This document shows, piece by piece, positions 48,013 to 56,615 of a stretch of 64,000 nt of DNA. Each line of letters starts with the position of its first letter. Position 1 is the stretch's first letter. The position numbers and the translations under genes were made by a program. Origin of the DNA: a virus (taxonomy: Duplodnaviria > Caudoviricetes); IMG/VR virus record IMGVR_UViG_3300013121_000022, positions 1 through 64,000 of that record, one strand, 5' to 3'. Below the pieces are notes generated by a model, which saw only the letters and a list, made by a program, of their open reading frames with translations, did not search any database and had not been told where the DNA came from.

Positions 48013-48921
48013 ATGACGAACAAATTAACTAAAGACGATCCAGAAGCGAAAGAGCTTACACACTTAGATGTTCAATTTGTAAGTGCAGTTGGTAATCCAG
48101 CTACTGGAAAGGACTTCTTACTTTACAAGTCGAAAGACAAAGAGGCACACAACATGAGTGATAAACTTACAGCCGATCAAGGCGTCTTTAAGGAATTTGG
48201 ACGCAAGCTTGCTCAGGCATTTGGCGTTGAAACCGTTGACGAAAGTTTGGCGGAAGCAACTCAGCATCTTGCTGAAATTGCAGCTAAGGCCAGCGGACGC
48301 GCACCAGCTGATGATGCAGGCAATGGTCGTAATCCAAACTATCCCAACCCACCCTATGCGAAATCTCAGGGTATTCCAAATTCAAATGGCGCAACCGCGT
48401 CAGTTGGTAGTTCCGCTCCGGGAACAACTATGAAGCAACAGGCTGAAATTGTACAGGGCAACCCAGCTTTCAATTCCAGCATGAGCGATGTAGTTTCGGG
48501 ACAACCAGTTACAAAAGACGCAATTCAGGAATTTTTGAATCGTGTCGAGAAATCAGCAATCAACCCAAGCGCACTGGAAACAGCTCGTGAAGCTTTGGAA
48601 GCGGCATTCAATCCTGCGCCGGAGGAAACACACATGACATCCGAAGAAGTTAAAGAACTTGTCCTCAAAGCACTCGATCCAATCATCGAGCAAGTTGAGG
48701 AACATGATGAAACAATTACAACCCTTAAGAGCTCGACTGATTGGGAAGCGAAATACAACGAGCTGTTGTATCGCGTCGATGCACTTGAAGCTACCTTCAA
48801 GAATGCAGATGGCACACGCAAAGTTGCAAAAAGTCGTGTTCCGCCTGTCACCGAACCCGTAGCGAAGTCCAGCGGTGTTTGGGCAGGTTCGCCGTTTGAC
48901 ATCTCGGAAGATTTGCTGTAA
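48013..48921 (+). CDS. capsid scaffolding protein carrying a protease-like N-terminal strand
   Basis: Between protease and capsid; ELTHLDVQFVSAVGNPA..K.FLLYKS; coiled coil; many K-S/K-A sites. Confidence 0.7.
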   Translation: MTNKLTKDDPEAKELTHLDVQFVSAVGNPATGKDFLLYKSKDKEAHNMSDKLTADQGVFKEFGRKLAQAFGVETVDESLAEATQHLAEIAAKASGRAPADDAGNGRNPNYPNPPYAKSQGIPNSNGATASVGSSAPGTTMKQQAEIVQGNPAFNSSMSDVVSGQPVTKDAIQEFLNRVEKSAINPSALETAREALEAAFNPAPEETHMTSEEVKELVLKALDPIIEQVEEHDETITTLKSSTDWEAKYNELLYRVDALEATFKNADGTRKVAKSRVPPVTEPVAKSSGVWAGSPFDISEDLL

Positions 48922-48954
48922 TTGCTCACCAACAAAGGATAAGGTAACTATACA

Positions 48955-49932
48955 ATGGCTATGACACCAGAAGAAATTCAGAAACTTGCAGAAGAAATGA
49001 CCCTTCGCAAGTCTTTGCAAACAAGCAACTTGGTTAATGGTGGTTTATTGAATCCGGCGCAAGCTGATGCATTTATCACCTATATGTTCGAGTTGACTGT
49101 GTTGACCAAGCTCCGCTTGATCCGCATGACAACTCCAAAGCAGGACATCGACAAGATCGGTGTTGGTACACGTTTGCTCCGCAAGGCAAGCGAAATGACC
49201 ACTGTTTCCGACTCCACAACGTTTACGTTGGGTAAGGTTCAGTTGGTTACTCAGAAATTGGTATTGCCCTGGGATATTTCCCGCGATACCTACAAATCAA
49301 ACATCGAACGCTCAGGCGTTGCTGATACGGTTCAGCGATTGATGGCTATTCAGGCCGGAAACGATGTTGAAGATTTAGCTATCAACGGTGATACCGCGTC
49401 CGGCGATTCATTGCTATCGGCTAACGATGGTTGGTTGAAGTTGGCAAAGGCATCCGCCGATACCGTTCAGATCATGGCATCTGGTTCTGGTATTTCAAAG
49501 GCGTTGTTCAGTCGAATGATCAAGGGCTTGCCCAACAAGTTCAAGACTCGTCGTTCAGAATTGCGCTTCTATGCCGCACCGAACATCGTTCAGGATTACG
49601 TCGATCAATTGTCAGATCGCGAGACACAATTGGGCGATAGCTTGATCCAAGAAGGCGCTCGTGCAATGGTCTTTGGTATTCCGTTGATCGAAGTTCCATT
49701 GATCCCAACCGATACCGCTGGTACATACGTTGGAGCAACCGGAAACCACTCCGATGTTATCTTGACCTTCCCTGAAAACTTCGTAACTGGAGTTTTGGAA
49801 GACATCGTAGTGTTCCACTGGTTCAATGCTCGTAAAGACGCGCATGAATTTACCATGTACGTTGAAACAGATTACCAGTGGGAAAACTTGCAGGCAGTTG
49901 TTCTACTGCGAGATACCAAAGTATTAAGCTAA
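48955..49932 (+). CDS. major capsid protein (HK97 fold, XkdG-like)
   Basis: GGLLNPAQAD.F, IDKIGVG.R.LR, NIE, D.E.LAINGD, DGWLK, Y..QL..RET.LGD; strong RBS; followed by terminator. Confidence 0.93.
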   Translation: MAMTPEEIQKLAEEMTLRKSLQTSNLVNGGLLNPAQADAFITYMFELTVLTKLRLIRMTTPKQDIDKIGVGTRLLRKASEMTTVSDSTTFTLGKVQLVTQKLVLPWDISRDTYKSNIERSGVADTVQRLMAIQAGNDVEDLAINGDTASGDSLLSANDGWLKLAKASADTVQIMASGSGISKALFSRMIKGLPNKFKTRRSELRFYAAPNIVQDYVDQLSDRETQLGDSLIQEGARAMVFGIPLIEVPLIPTDTAGTYVGATGNHSDVILTFPENFVTGVLEDIVVFHWFNARKDAHEFTMYVETDYQWENLQAVVLLRDTKVLS

Positions 49933-49958
49933 CCATTAATACCTGATACTACAAGCCG

Positions 49959-49996
49959 ACAGGCGACGATCTAAACAGTCGTCGCCTGTTTTGTTT
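49959..49996 (+). terminator. intrinsic terminator after the capsid gene
   Basis: ACAGGCGACGA-9nt-TCGTCGCCTGT-TTTGTTT. Confidence 0.8.
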
Positions 49997-50032
49997 CCCC
50001 GTATAAAGAGCGCCAGATAAACGAGATTTATC

Positions 50033-51121
50033 ATGCCCATTCGCCAGCGTATTAGATCGATCCTTGTCAAACATTTAGCTGGACAACACGATCAATTAAC
50101 TCATGACCCAACTCCCGATTGGGATGCTCAGGATTCCAAGTTTGAATACGAAGTGGTTTCACACACCAGTGCAGTCAATAAAGACTTGCTAGATTGGCGC
50201 GATCAAATTGGTAAAGTAATGAGCAAATTTAATCAGCGGTATGACTTTGAAAGATTTTTTGGATTCCGTCCAAATCGAGACGACCTTGATCAACTGGATG
50301 AATCGGCCACTATTCAGTACAACGCAGTGACTTTTCTATTAAATCGATCCGGTGGATCGTTGCAAGACGACTTTCAAACAGAAAAAACCATTGTTGAGTC
50401 TCGGCTACAGCAAGCACAAGATGCGTTAGACAACGCAACTTTCAAGACTGATGAATATCGCAAGATTTGGAAAAAAGCAGATCAAGAATATGAAGATTAT
50501 GATGGGGACGATGAATACACCATTAATGTACTCAGTCGTCGAGTGAGCGATGCCAAGTATAATTTTGAAGAATATGAAGACTACCAAAAAAGCTACGAGA
50601 ACGATCTTGAGGAAGTGCAGAATGAACTCGACAACCTTGAAACATCTTGGGAGGATGGTACATATGCAAAGGATCATGACAGCGCCTACAATGAAGCTGT
50701 GGCATCAACTTATCGAGATTCGAGTGGTATACTACAAGCGTTTGCAGTATTTTCTGGAAAACCCGAACCCAATGGCGAGTGGTATATGGAATTTATGTCT
50801 GTAGCTCCCTGGAACAATCCTAATGCCAGTCGCATTCGAGACGAGGAAACAGGTAAGCGAGTAAACATTGATCGTCAAATCGAAAATCTTTTTGGTCACA
50901 AAAAAGACGCAACTGCTTCATTGAAATTGGCTTTGAAAATATGCAAAGATGCGGTAAAATCAAATTCAACTCTCAGGTTTCAGCCAGCCACAGATCAAGT
51001 TCAAAAGCTGTATGAATTCGTGGGCGCAAAAGTTGTCGGGCGTGAGGAAAACATGCCAGTGATGACATGGGACGTTAATTCTATGAAGAAATTCATAGAG
51101 AACTACAAAGGGAATTCCTAA
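50033..51121 (+). CDS. tagged cargo: acidic coiled coil plus GNAT-like domain
   Basis: Tag KHLAGQHDQLTHD at 50069; RDSSGILQAF...YMEFMSVAPWN...LYE..G resembles the last domain of 29013-33290. Confidence 0.7.
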   Translation: MPIRQRIRSILVKHLAGQHDQLTHDPTPDWDAQDSKFEYEVVSHTSAVNKDLLDWRDQIGKVMSKFNQRYDFERFFGFRPNRDDLDQLDESATIQYNAVTFLLNRSGGSLQDDFQTEKTIVESRLQQAQDALDNATFKTDEYRKIWKKADQEYEDYDGDDEYTINVLSRRVSDAKYNFEEYEDYQKSYENDLEEVQNELDNLETSWEDGTYAKDHDSAYNEAVASTYRDSSGILQAFAVFSGKPEPNGEWYMEFMSVAPWNNPNASRIRDEETGKRVNIDRQIENLFGHKKDATASLKLALKICKDAVKSNSTLRFQPATDQVQKLYEFVGAKVVGREENMPVMTWDVNSMKKFIENYKGNS

Positions 51122-51747
51122 TGAAAAAACCAGATGATTTAGAATGGGACTTTACAGTTGTCAAGCCCAAGAAAAAAACAAATCTTAAAAAAGCAGTCGC
51201 TCAAGCACTTGAAGTCAACAAGCATTTGCCGGGACAGCACGATCAATCAAGTCATGCTGGTAATCGAGCTAAAGCAAAAATGTTTGATCGGACGCAGTTT
51301 TCAAACCATGATGAAAATTCTTTTAAGCAAGTAGCCAAAAAAAACCAAGAGAAGTTTGCCAAACTTTCATCAGTAGAAAAAGGCAGTCTCATTAGACAGT
51401 GGGCGAATAACAACCCGCATCAATTGTTCAAAACGTTAGCTGCTTTTTTGGATAACAACAATCAGTCCACTCTATCGGGAATCGTGGATAAAATGGCGAG
51501 TCATTATCCCGACATACATGATACAGTTGGAAACACCGCAAACGGCATGTTTCATATCGCCGGACGTGACGCCTTAGAACTGGATACATACCACAGAACA
51601 CTCGATCCTGACGTTGAGCGAGAGGGTATTGTACAACTCATAAGCCGAACAGGAAGCAACCCAAGCGATGTGTTTAGATCGGCATTTGGTCAAGCACAAC
51701 TCACCGTTCAGGATCGAAATTGGCTTGATAAAAAGTTGTCATGGTAA
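51121..51747 (+). CDS. tagged cargo protein, unknown function
   Basis: Tag KHLPGQHDQSSHAG at 51220. Confidence 0.75.
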   Translation: MKKPDDLEWDFTVVKPKKKTNLKKAVAQALEVNKHLPGQHDQSSHAGNRAKAKMFDRTQFSNHDENSFKQVAKKNQEKFAKLSSVEKGSLIRQWANNNPHQLFKTLAAFLDNNNQSTLSGIVDKMASHYPDIHDTVGNTANGMFHIAGRDALELDTYHRTLDPDVEREGIVQLISRTGSNPSDVFRSAFGQAQLTVQDRNWLDKKLSW

Positions 51748-51853
51748 AACAAAGTCACAACTCAAGAAACAAGTCGAAGAAATTTTACAAAAAGCAGGAA
51801 CGTCAGCCGGAGTAAAAGACTTGGATCAAGAATCCAAGTATCAGGAGTATTAG
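51741..51853 (+). pseudogene. decayed tagged-gene remnant
   Basis: SQLKKQVEEILQK-AGTSAGVK is out of frame with ATG 51741; closely resembles the leader of the next gene. Confidence 0.45.
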
Positions 51854-51856
51854 ATT

Positions 51857-52384
51857 ATGGGAAAACATACACCCGAATTTGAAAGGTGTGTAGAATCGGT
51901 CATGGAGTCTGGCAAAGACAAGTCCAGCGCATTCGCTATTTGTACCGCTTCTTTCAAAAAGGCAGGGAAACCAATTTTGAAATCACCACTCAAAAAGCAA
52001 GTTGAAGAAGTTTTGCAGAAACACCCAGGACACCCCGATCAAAAAGTACATGGTCATAAAGGTCGCGGTACATCTCAGAACGAATCGGCAAGTGCAACCA
52101 AACCATCGTCTAATAGCCCCAAGATCATTGAGTGGGAAAAATCGAAAGCAACAATCTCCAAACGAAATGATGGTGGTCACGACGTTGAATACAAGGGCCT
52201 GAAGGTTGAAATCAAACCTCATTCATTGGGCGGATTCATGGCGCACTTTAGACCCCCGCCAATTGGCGGCAAAAAATCGAATGAAATAACTTCAATGAGA
52301 CTCAACGGGCAAGACAATTTATTGCAATGGGCAAAAAGCACTCTTATTGAGTTCAGTCGAAACAATTTGTACGATAAAGACTAA
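51857..52384 (+). CDS. tagged protein with N-terminal RCV...AFAIC module
   Basis: FERCVESV...SAFAICTAS; variant tag KHPGHPDQKVHG at 52019. Confidence 0.75.
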   Translation: MGKHTPEFERCVESVMESGKDKSSAFAICTASFKKAGKPILKSPLKKQVEEVLQKHPGHPDQKVHGHKGRGTSQNESASATKPSSNSPKIIEWEKSKATISKRNDGGHDVEYKGLKVEIKPHSLGGFMAHFRPPPIGGKKSNEITSMRLNGQDNLLQWAKSTLIEFSRNNLYDKD

Positions 52385-52415
52385 TACGCATCACTTAGCA
52401 GAAAGGCTAAACAAC

Positions 52416-53417
52416 ATGTTTTCAGTAGTCATCCCCGTTGGGGGAGGCAGGATGAAAAACCTGCAAAACGTTTTACATAGTTTGACCCTGCAAACATTCA
52501 AGGATTTTGAGGTAATAGTTGTCAATGACGGATCGAGCGACGATATTTTGTCGGTGTGCAATCTCTTTCCAACCCTAGATGTTGACTATGTGTATGGAAA
52601 AAAATTCGAGATCGGTAAGGATATTCCGCCACGCAATAAAGGGGCACGACTCGCTCGTTATCCATTCTTGATTTTTCTGGACTCTGACGTAATCTTGGAC
52701 AAGCAGGCAATGGAGTTTTACGCCGAAGACTTTGACAAAAACCCGATTGGAATTGTGGCCGGACTATACGACTGGTTGTTCCCCTGTCGCATTGGCCCTG
52801 ACGAAATCGAACGAGGTCTTGATTCGATCTATCACATTGACGGTGATCACTTGGTGATGGACATCAAAATGCAAGACTGGCCGAAAGGTCATCAAACTCA
52901 TAATGCCTGTCGAGATATGCGGCGACCCATGTTTATGGAAACAAACCCGTCAGTGGTATATACTGGCCCAGGCAACATGAATGTTTATCTTGGAATGTTT
53001 TCCGGAAACTTGGGATTTGCGGCCAAGACATTTTGGGGCGCGGGTGGATATTGGGATTCGCTTACTCCGGGCATTGTGGACGATGGCGCATTTGGATTGA
53101 CTAATTGGGTATTAAGCGCCAAGCGTGATGATACCGGACGATTACTGACAGATGAAAACGGCGAACCAATTCCCGATCCAATGTTTGGCGTTAGATTGGA
53201 TAAGCGCATTCGCGGAGCGCATCAATACCATGATCGCAACGTGCAATTCGTGCAAGTCACATCCACGCGAGAAGTAGATTTAATCAATCGCAGATTTCGA
53301 CTGGAAAAATACGCGGATGGTGGAATTCCGATTATTCCAAAACCAGTTTATGAACTAACTCGTGAAGCTCAGGTTTCATGGGGAGTAGATAAGTGGGAAA
53401 AAAGATGGGACAAGTAA
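52416..53417 (+). CDS. glycosyltransferase family 2
   Basis: FSVVIP, L.SL..QT...FEVIVVNDGS, RNKGA..A....LIFLDSD; start refined to ATG 52416. Confidence 0.88.
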   Translation: MFSVVIPVGGGRMKNLQNVLHSLTLQTFKDFEVIVVNDGSSDDILSVCNLFPTLDVDYVYGKKFEIGKDIPPRNKGARLARYPFLIFLDSDVILDKQAMEFYAEDFDKNPIGIVAGLYDWLFPCRIGPDEIERGLDSIYHIDGDHLVMDIKMQDWPKGHQTHNACRDMRRPMFMETNPSVVYTGPGNMNVYLGMFSGNLGFAAKTFWGAGGYWDSLTPGIVDDGAFGLTNWVLSAKRDDTGRLLTDENGEPIPDPMFGVRLDKRIRGAHQYHDRNVQFVQVTSTREVDLINRRFRLEKYADGGIPIIPKPVYELTREAQVSWGVDKWEKRWDK

Positions 53418-53593
53418 GAACATTTTGTTACAACTGCAAACAATGGGGAGATGTTGAGGCCAATGCACCGGACGAAGTATATTGTCAATGGTGTTTGGCT
53501 ACATCCGCTGTCGTTGTTTATCCATTGTACAAATGGCATTCCGAAATGATTCCAAGAATGTCATTTTGGGGCATTCTGAAATTCAGGTGGTAA
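53393..53593 (+). CDS. small zinc-ribbon protein
   Basis: CYNC...CQWC. Confidence 0.5.
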   Translation: MGKKMGQVRTFCYNCKQWGDVEANAPDEVYCQWCLATSAVVVYPLYKWHSEMIPRMSFWGILKFRW

Positions 53594-53649
53594 GTGATAA
53601 CCTGATAAAATAATGGAACACGTAGGTTTATAAATACAGGAGATTCAAT

Positions 53650-53976
53650 ATGCCCGGACAAGTTAATACATTTGCAAAGTTAGCCCTTGCAATCGACAAA
53701 GGTACAAAAGGTGGAAACCTGACTGATAAAGAAATCGCAGACGCTTTGCGTGATATTGCGGCCTTTATCGGGGTTACTGGAGTGGGACAACAGACCAGTA
53801 ACGTGGTTCTGGACACAGCTACCGCACCCACAGATGCCCTTGTGCAAGCTTCGTTAGGCGGATTGGAAGTTTATGACGGACAAGAAGTTTATGTTCGCAA
53901 TTCTTCAAACAACGCCCAACTGAAAAAGTGGCGTCGTCACGCTGGATCGTGGTTAGCGGTTGTCGCCGCTCCATAA
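53650..53976 (+). CDS. hypothetical protein, possibly structural
   Basis: AGGAG RBS; followed by a terminator. Confidence 0.65.
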   Translation: MPGQVNTFAKLALAIDKGTKGGNLTDKEIADALRDIAAFIGVTGVGQQTSNVVLDTATAPTDALVQASLGGLEVYDGQEVYVRNSSNNAQLKKWRRHAGSWLAVVAAP

Positions 53977-53991
53977 CATTTGGCCTCTATC

Positions 53992-54018
53992 AAAAGGGGG
54001 AGATTGACTCCCCCTTTT
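53992..54018 (+). terminator. intrinsic terminator
   Basis: AAAAGGGGGAG-loop-CTCCCCCTTTT. Confidence 0.75.
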
Positions 54019-54026
54019 CAATTCCT

Positions 54027-54479
54027 ATGGATTGGTCTGTCTTTATTGAACGCGTCGGAGTGCCGATAGCAATTCTATTTGCTATTGGAATGTTCATATA
54101 CTTCAAGGCATGGCCTTTCTTAACTCAACAAATCATATCGTTCAACAAAGAACGAACAGACGAACGTAAAAATCAAATCAAAGAACGCGAAGATTTTATC
54201 AGCGCTCTGCATCAAATTACCCATGAACGTTCAGTTGAAAATACTCGCATTCAAGAATTCTTGAGTCTGGTAGAGCGAGAACGAGAAGGCAACACCAAAA
54301 TATCTCAATCAGTCGAAAACTTGGCAATACACATTCGAGAAATGGACGAATCAAAACGTATTCGCGATGAAAAAATTGCAGAGATATTGACCGACCTAAC
54401 GGTTAGTGTCAGGCAGCTTAGCGAACAAATTTCGGCACAAACAAAAACTAAAAGGAAAACAAGGAATGCTGATAAGTGA
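54027..54479 (+). CDS. single-TM plus coiled-coil protein (holin-like candidate)
   Basis: IERVGVPIAILFAIGMFIY then coiled coil; start refined to ATG 54027. Confidence 0.5.
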   Translation: MDWSVFIERVGVPIAILFAIGMFIYFKAWPFLTQQIISFNKERTDERKNQIKEREDFISALHQITHERSVENTRIQEFLSLVEREREGNTKISQSVENLAIHIREMDESKRIRDEKIAEILTDLTVSVRQLSEQISAQTKTKRKTRNADK

Positions 54480-54924
54480 ATTAGTAATAATTCAATGGAT
54501 TAGAGAAAGTCGAGCAATGATAGGAATTGCTCATGGGTTGATTGGGTTTTTGATCGCGCTTAGATTAGCAACATGGGACAAAAGCGAAAACACTAACAGA
54601 AGCAAATACTTAATTTTATTATTAGTGGGTATTGGACTGTCGGGTGTAATAGAAGGCATATCGTTGATCATCGGACAATCCTTAGATCGTCAAACGCTTG
54701 GCGTTATTCCTCAAGTCTTTTTGCTTGTGTCAGGATTGTTCGACCTAATCCCAACGATGATTTACACCCTTTATATTTTTGGAATTGTAAATGGAGTTGC
54801 ACCATATTCAAACAAGATCATGGAAGAACGAATTTACGAATTCCTGCATAAAGAAATAGAAAAAGTAGTCGATCAAAGGATCGAAGAAAGAACAGCTAAA
54901 CAAGATGAAACTCGATCTGTGTAG
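54466..54924 (+). CDS. multi-pass membrane protein
   Basis: Three hydrophobic segments. Confidence 0.6.
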   Translation: MLISELVIIQWIRESRAMIGIAHGLIGFLIALRLATWDKSENTNRSKYLILLLVGIGLSGVIEGISLIIGQSLDRQTLGVIPQVFLLVSGLFDLIPTMIYTLYIFGIVNGVAPYSNKIMEERIYEFLHKEIEKVVDQRIEERTAKQDETRSV

Positions 54925-55477
54925 CGGAACTGCCGCACCACAACGCAAACGCGAGGGTTACACAACAATTGATGCCAGACCTTTTGATGGGGTTGATTTC
55001 GTGTGCGAACTCGGATCAGCCCCATTGCCTTTTGCGGATAATTCATTTACGGAAATTCGAGCACATGACGCTTTGGAGCACATTCGGGATGGATTTTTTG
55101 AGCTCATGGATGAATGTTGGCGAGTAATGCAACCGAAAGGCATATTCGATATTCATGTACCGCGCTTTCCGTCTCCAGCAGCTATCATGCATCCTGAACA
55201 TTGCCAGTATTTTGTGGGCGAACAAGATGCCATTCCGTTTGCCAAAGCCTTAGCACCACTTATCAATCGTGAGATAGATCGACTATTTTGTATTCATAGT
55301 TGGGCGTTTTTTCTTCCATCTGCCGATGGGATCGATCCGCATGGATACCTCAAGGGGTTCTGGCATCTTGTCAGTCAACGAGAAATCGACAGTCACATTC
55401 AAGTAAAGCTAACCCCCAATAAACCCAACGGTTTATTTCCATACAAACATATCATTCGCAAAGACACGATTCTTTAA
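54905..55477 (+). CDS. class I SAM-dependent methyltransferase
   Basis: KLDLCSG...ID...LPF.DNS...I.A...LEH...E..RV..P.G...I.VP. Confidence 0.82.
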   Translation: MKLDLCSGTAAPQRKREGYTTIDARPFDGVDFVCELGSAPLPFADNSFTEIRAHDALEHIRDGFFELMDECWRVMQPKGIFDIHVPRFPSPAAIMHPEHCQYFVGEQDAIPFAKALAPLINREIDRLFCIHSWAFFLPSADGIDPHGYLKGFWHLVSQREIDSHIQVKLTPNKPNGLFPYKHIIRKDTIL

Positions 55478-55538
55478 TATTCACAATCTTGAAGTAATGT
55501 GTTAAAGTCGATAATCCTAATCAAAAAAAGAGACAATT

Positions 55539-56363
55539 ATGAATTCACTTCCTCCATTGGTTGTTGTAATTGGCGATACCCACTATGGTTCGGCGGTAGC
55601 AAGTTGTACTCCCACTTATGAATTAAGACCCGGACACGTTGTAAACTGTAATGCCCTTAACGCTTGGTTGTATTCACGTTGGTGTAGCTTTTGGGAGTCC
55701 ACAGTTATGCCGCAGATCGTGGATCGGCAAGGTAAAAAACTCAGACAATTATTTGTCTTTCACAATGGCGACATCATCGATGGGATTCATCATGGCGGGA
55801 ATGAACTCATCGTTCGCTCCCTGAGCGGTCAGAAGAAAATCGCACTCGCTCATCTTACTCCAATAAAACAATACGCAGACTGGATTGGAATGACCAAAGG
55901 AACGGAAGCTCATGACACCGACGAACATGAGGCCGCGACTGGTATTGCCGACTCGCTAAACGTTGACGAATACGATCAGCGACTACGTGTATGGGTGGGC
56001 GACATTCTTATTGATGTTGCACATCATGGGCGATCCAAATCAAGTCCCTGGACATCCTCAGCCGCCAATCTGGTATCTAAAGTTGTAATGGATTGTGCGC
56101 TTTATGATGAGGAAATTCCTCACTACATCTTTCGCGGACATCGCCATGTGGTAGACGATTCGGGCTTGCAATTTGACAGGGTTCGTGCTATTATCTGTCC
56201 TGCATGGCAGCTATCCAATAACTTTGCATGGAAGGTTGCCACAGAAACAAGACCTGATATTGGAGGAGTCATAATTGATGGCAAAAAAACCTGTGAAATT
56301 GTTCGGTATGTCGCAAAACGAAATCCGCCAACAAGACCAAGTATCCGAGAAAAATCTTCTTGA
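55539..56363 (+). CDS. calcineurin-like metallophosphoesterase
   Basis: GDTHYG, NGDIIDG, GTEAH, AHH, RGHRH. Confidence 0.82.
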   Translation: MNSLPPLVVVIGDTHYGSAVASCTPTYELRPGHVVNCNALNAWLYSRWCSFWESTVMPQIVDRQGKKLRQLFVFHNGDIIDGIHHGGNELIVRSLSGQKKIALAHLTPIKQYADWIGMTKGTEAHDTDEHEAATGIADSLNVDEYDQRLRVWVGDILIDVAHHGRSKSSPWTSSAANLVSKVVMDCALYDEEIPHYIFRGHRHVVDDSGLQFDRVRAIICPAWQLSNNFAWKVATETRPDIGGVIIDGKKTCEIVRYVAKRNPPTRPSIREKSS

Positions 56364-56613
56364 CGAGCTAGTGTCAATTTTTAGGCCAGAGCGCCAAACA
56401 AAAGACGATGTGACAATCAACGAATTAGCGTCTAAAACCGGACGATCAAAAGATTTTCTGAGACGAGAACTAGATAAATTGGTTGACGCCGAACAACTAA
56501 CGTCTTTTGAGGGTATAGCCAACACAGGGCGAACAACCACTATTTACAGGCGAATCAAGGGGAAAAAAGTCGACTTTTCCGTTTTGCAAGCACCACCCAA
56601 GAAAAAGAAATAA
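56308..56613 (+). CDS. winged-HTH-like protein
   Basis: TINELASKTGRS...LRR.L..LV. Confidence 0.55.
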   Translation: MSQNEIRQQDQVSEKNLLDELVSIFRPERQTKDDVTINELASKTGRSKDFLRRELDKLVDAEQLTSFEGIANTGRTTTIYRRIKGKKVDFSVLQAPPKKKK

Positions 56614-56615
56614 CA

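Larger units (their letters stand above)
9411..52054 (+). repeat. dispersed coding repeat encoding KHxxGxHDQxxHG, 24 copies including variants
   Basis: Lys codon at 9411, 13097, 14731, 15432, 16985, 18260, 19690, 21684, 22382, 24012, 25287, 26336, 27687, 29943, 30954, 31797, 32163, 32667, 33352, 34684, 42222, 50069, 51220, 52019. Confidence 0.95.

Noticed and set aside
51728-51750. Programmed frameshift joining ORF 51121 to the downstream tag remnant
   Set aside because: A -1 slip at AAA AAG enters the wrong frame, and no stimulatory hairpin is evident
9411-52054. Tag repeats as a CRISPR array or integron attC sites
   Set aside because: They are in-frame coding, conserved mainly at protein level, irregularly spaced by hundreds to thousands of bp and not palindromic; no cas or integrase gene seen
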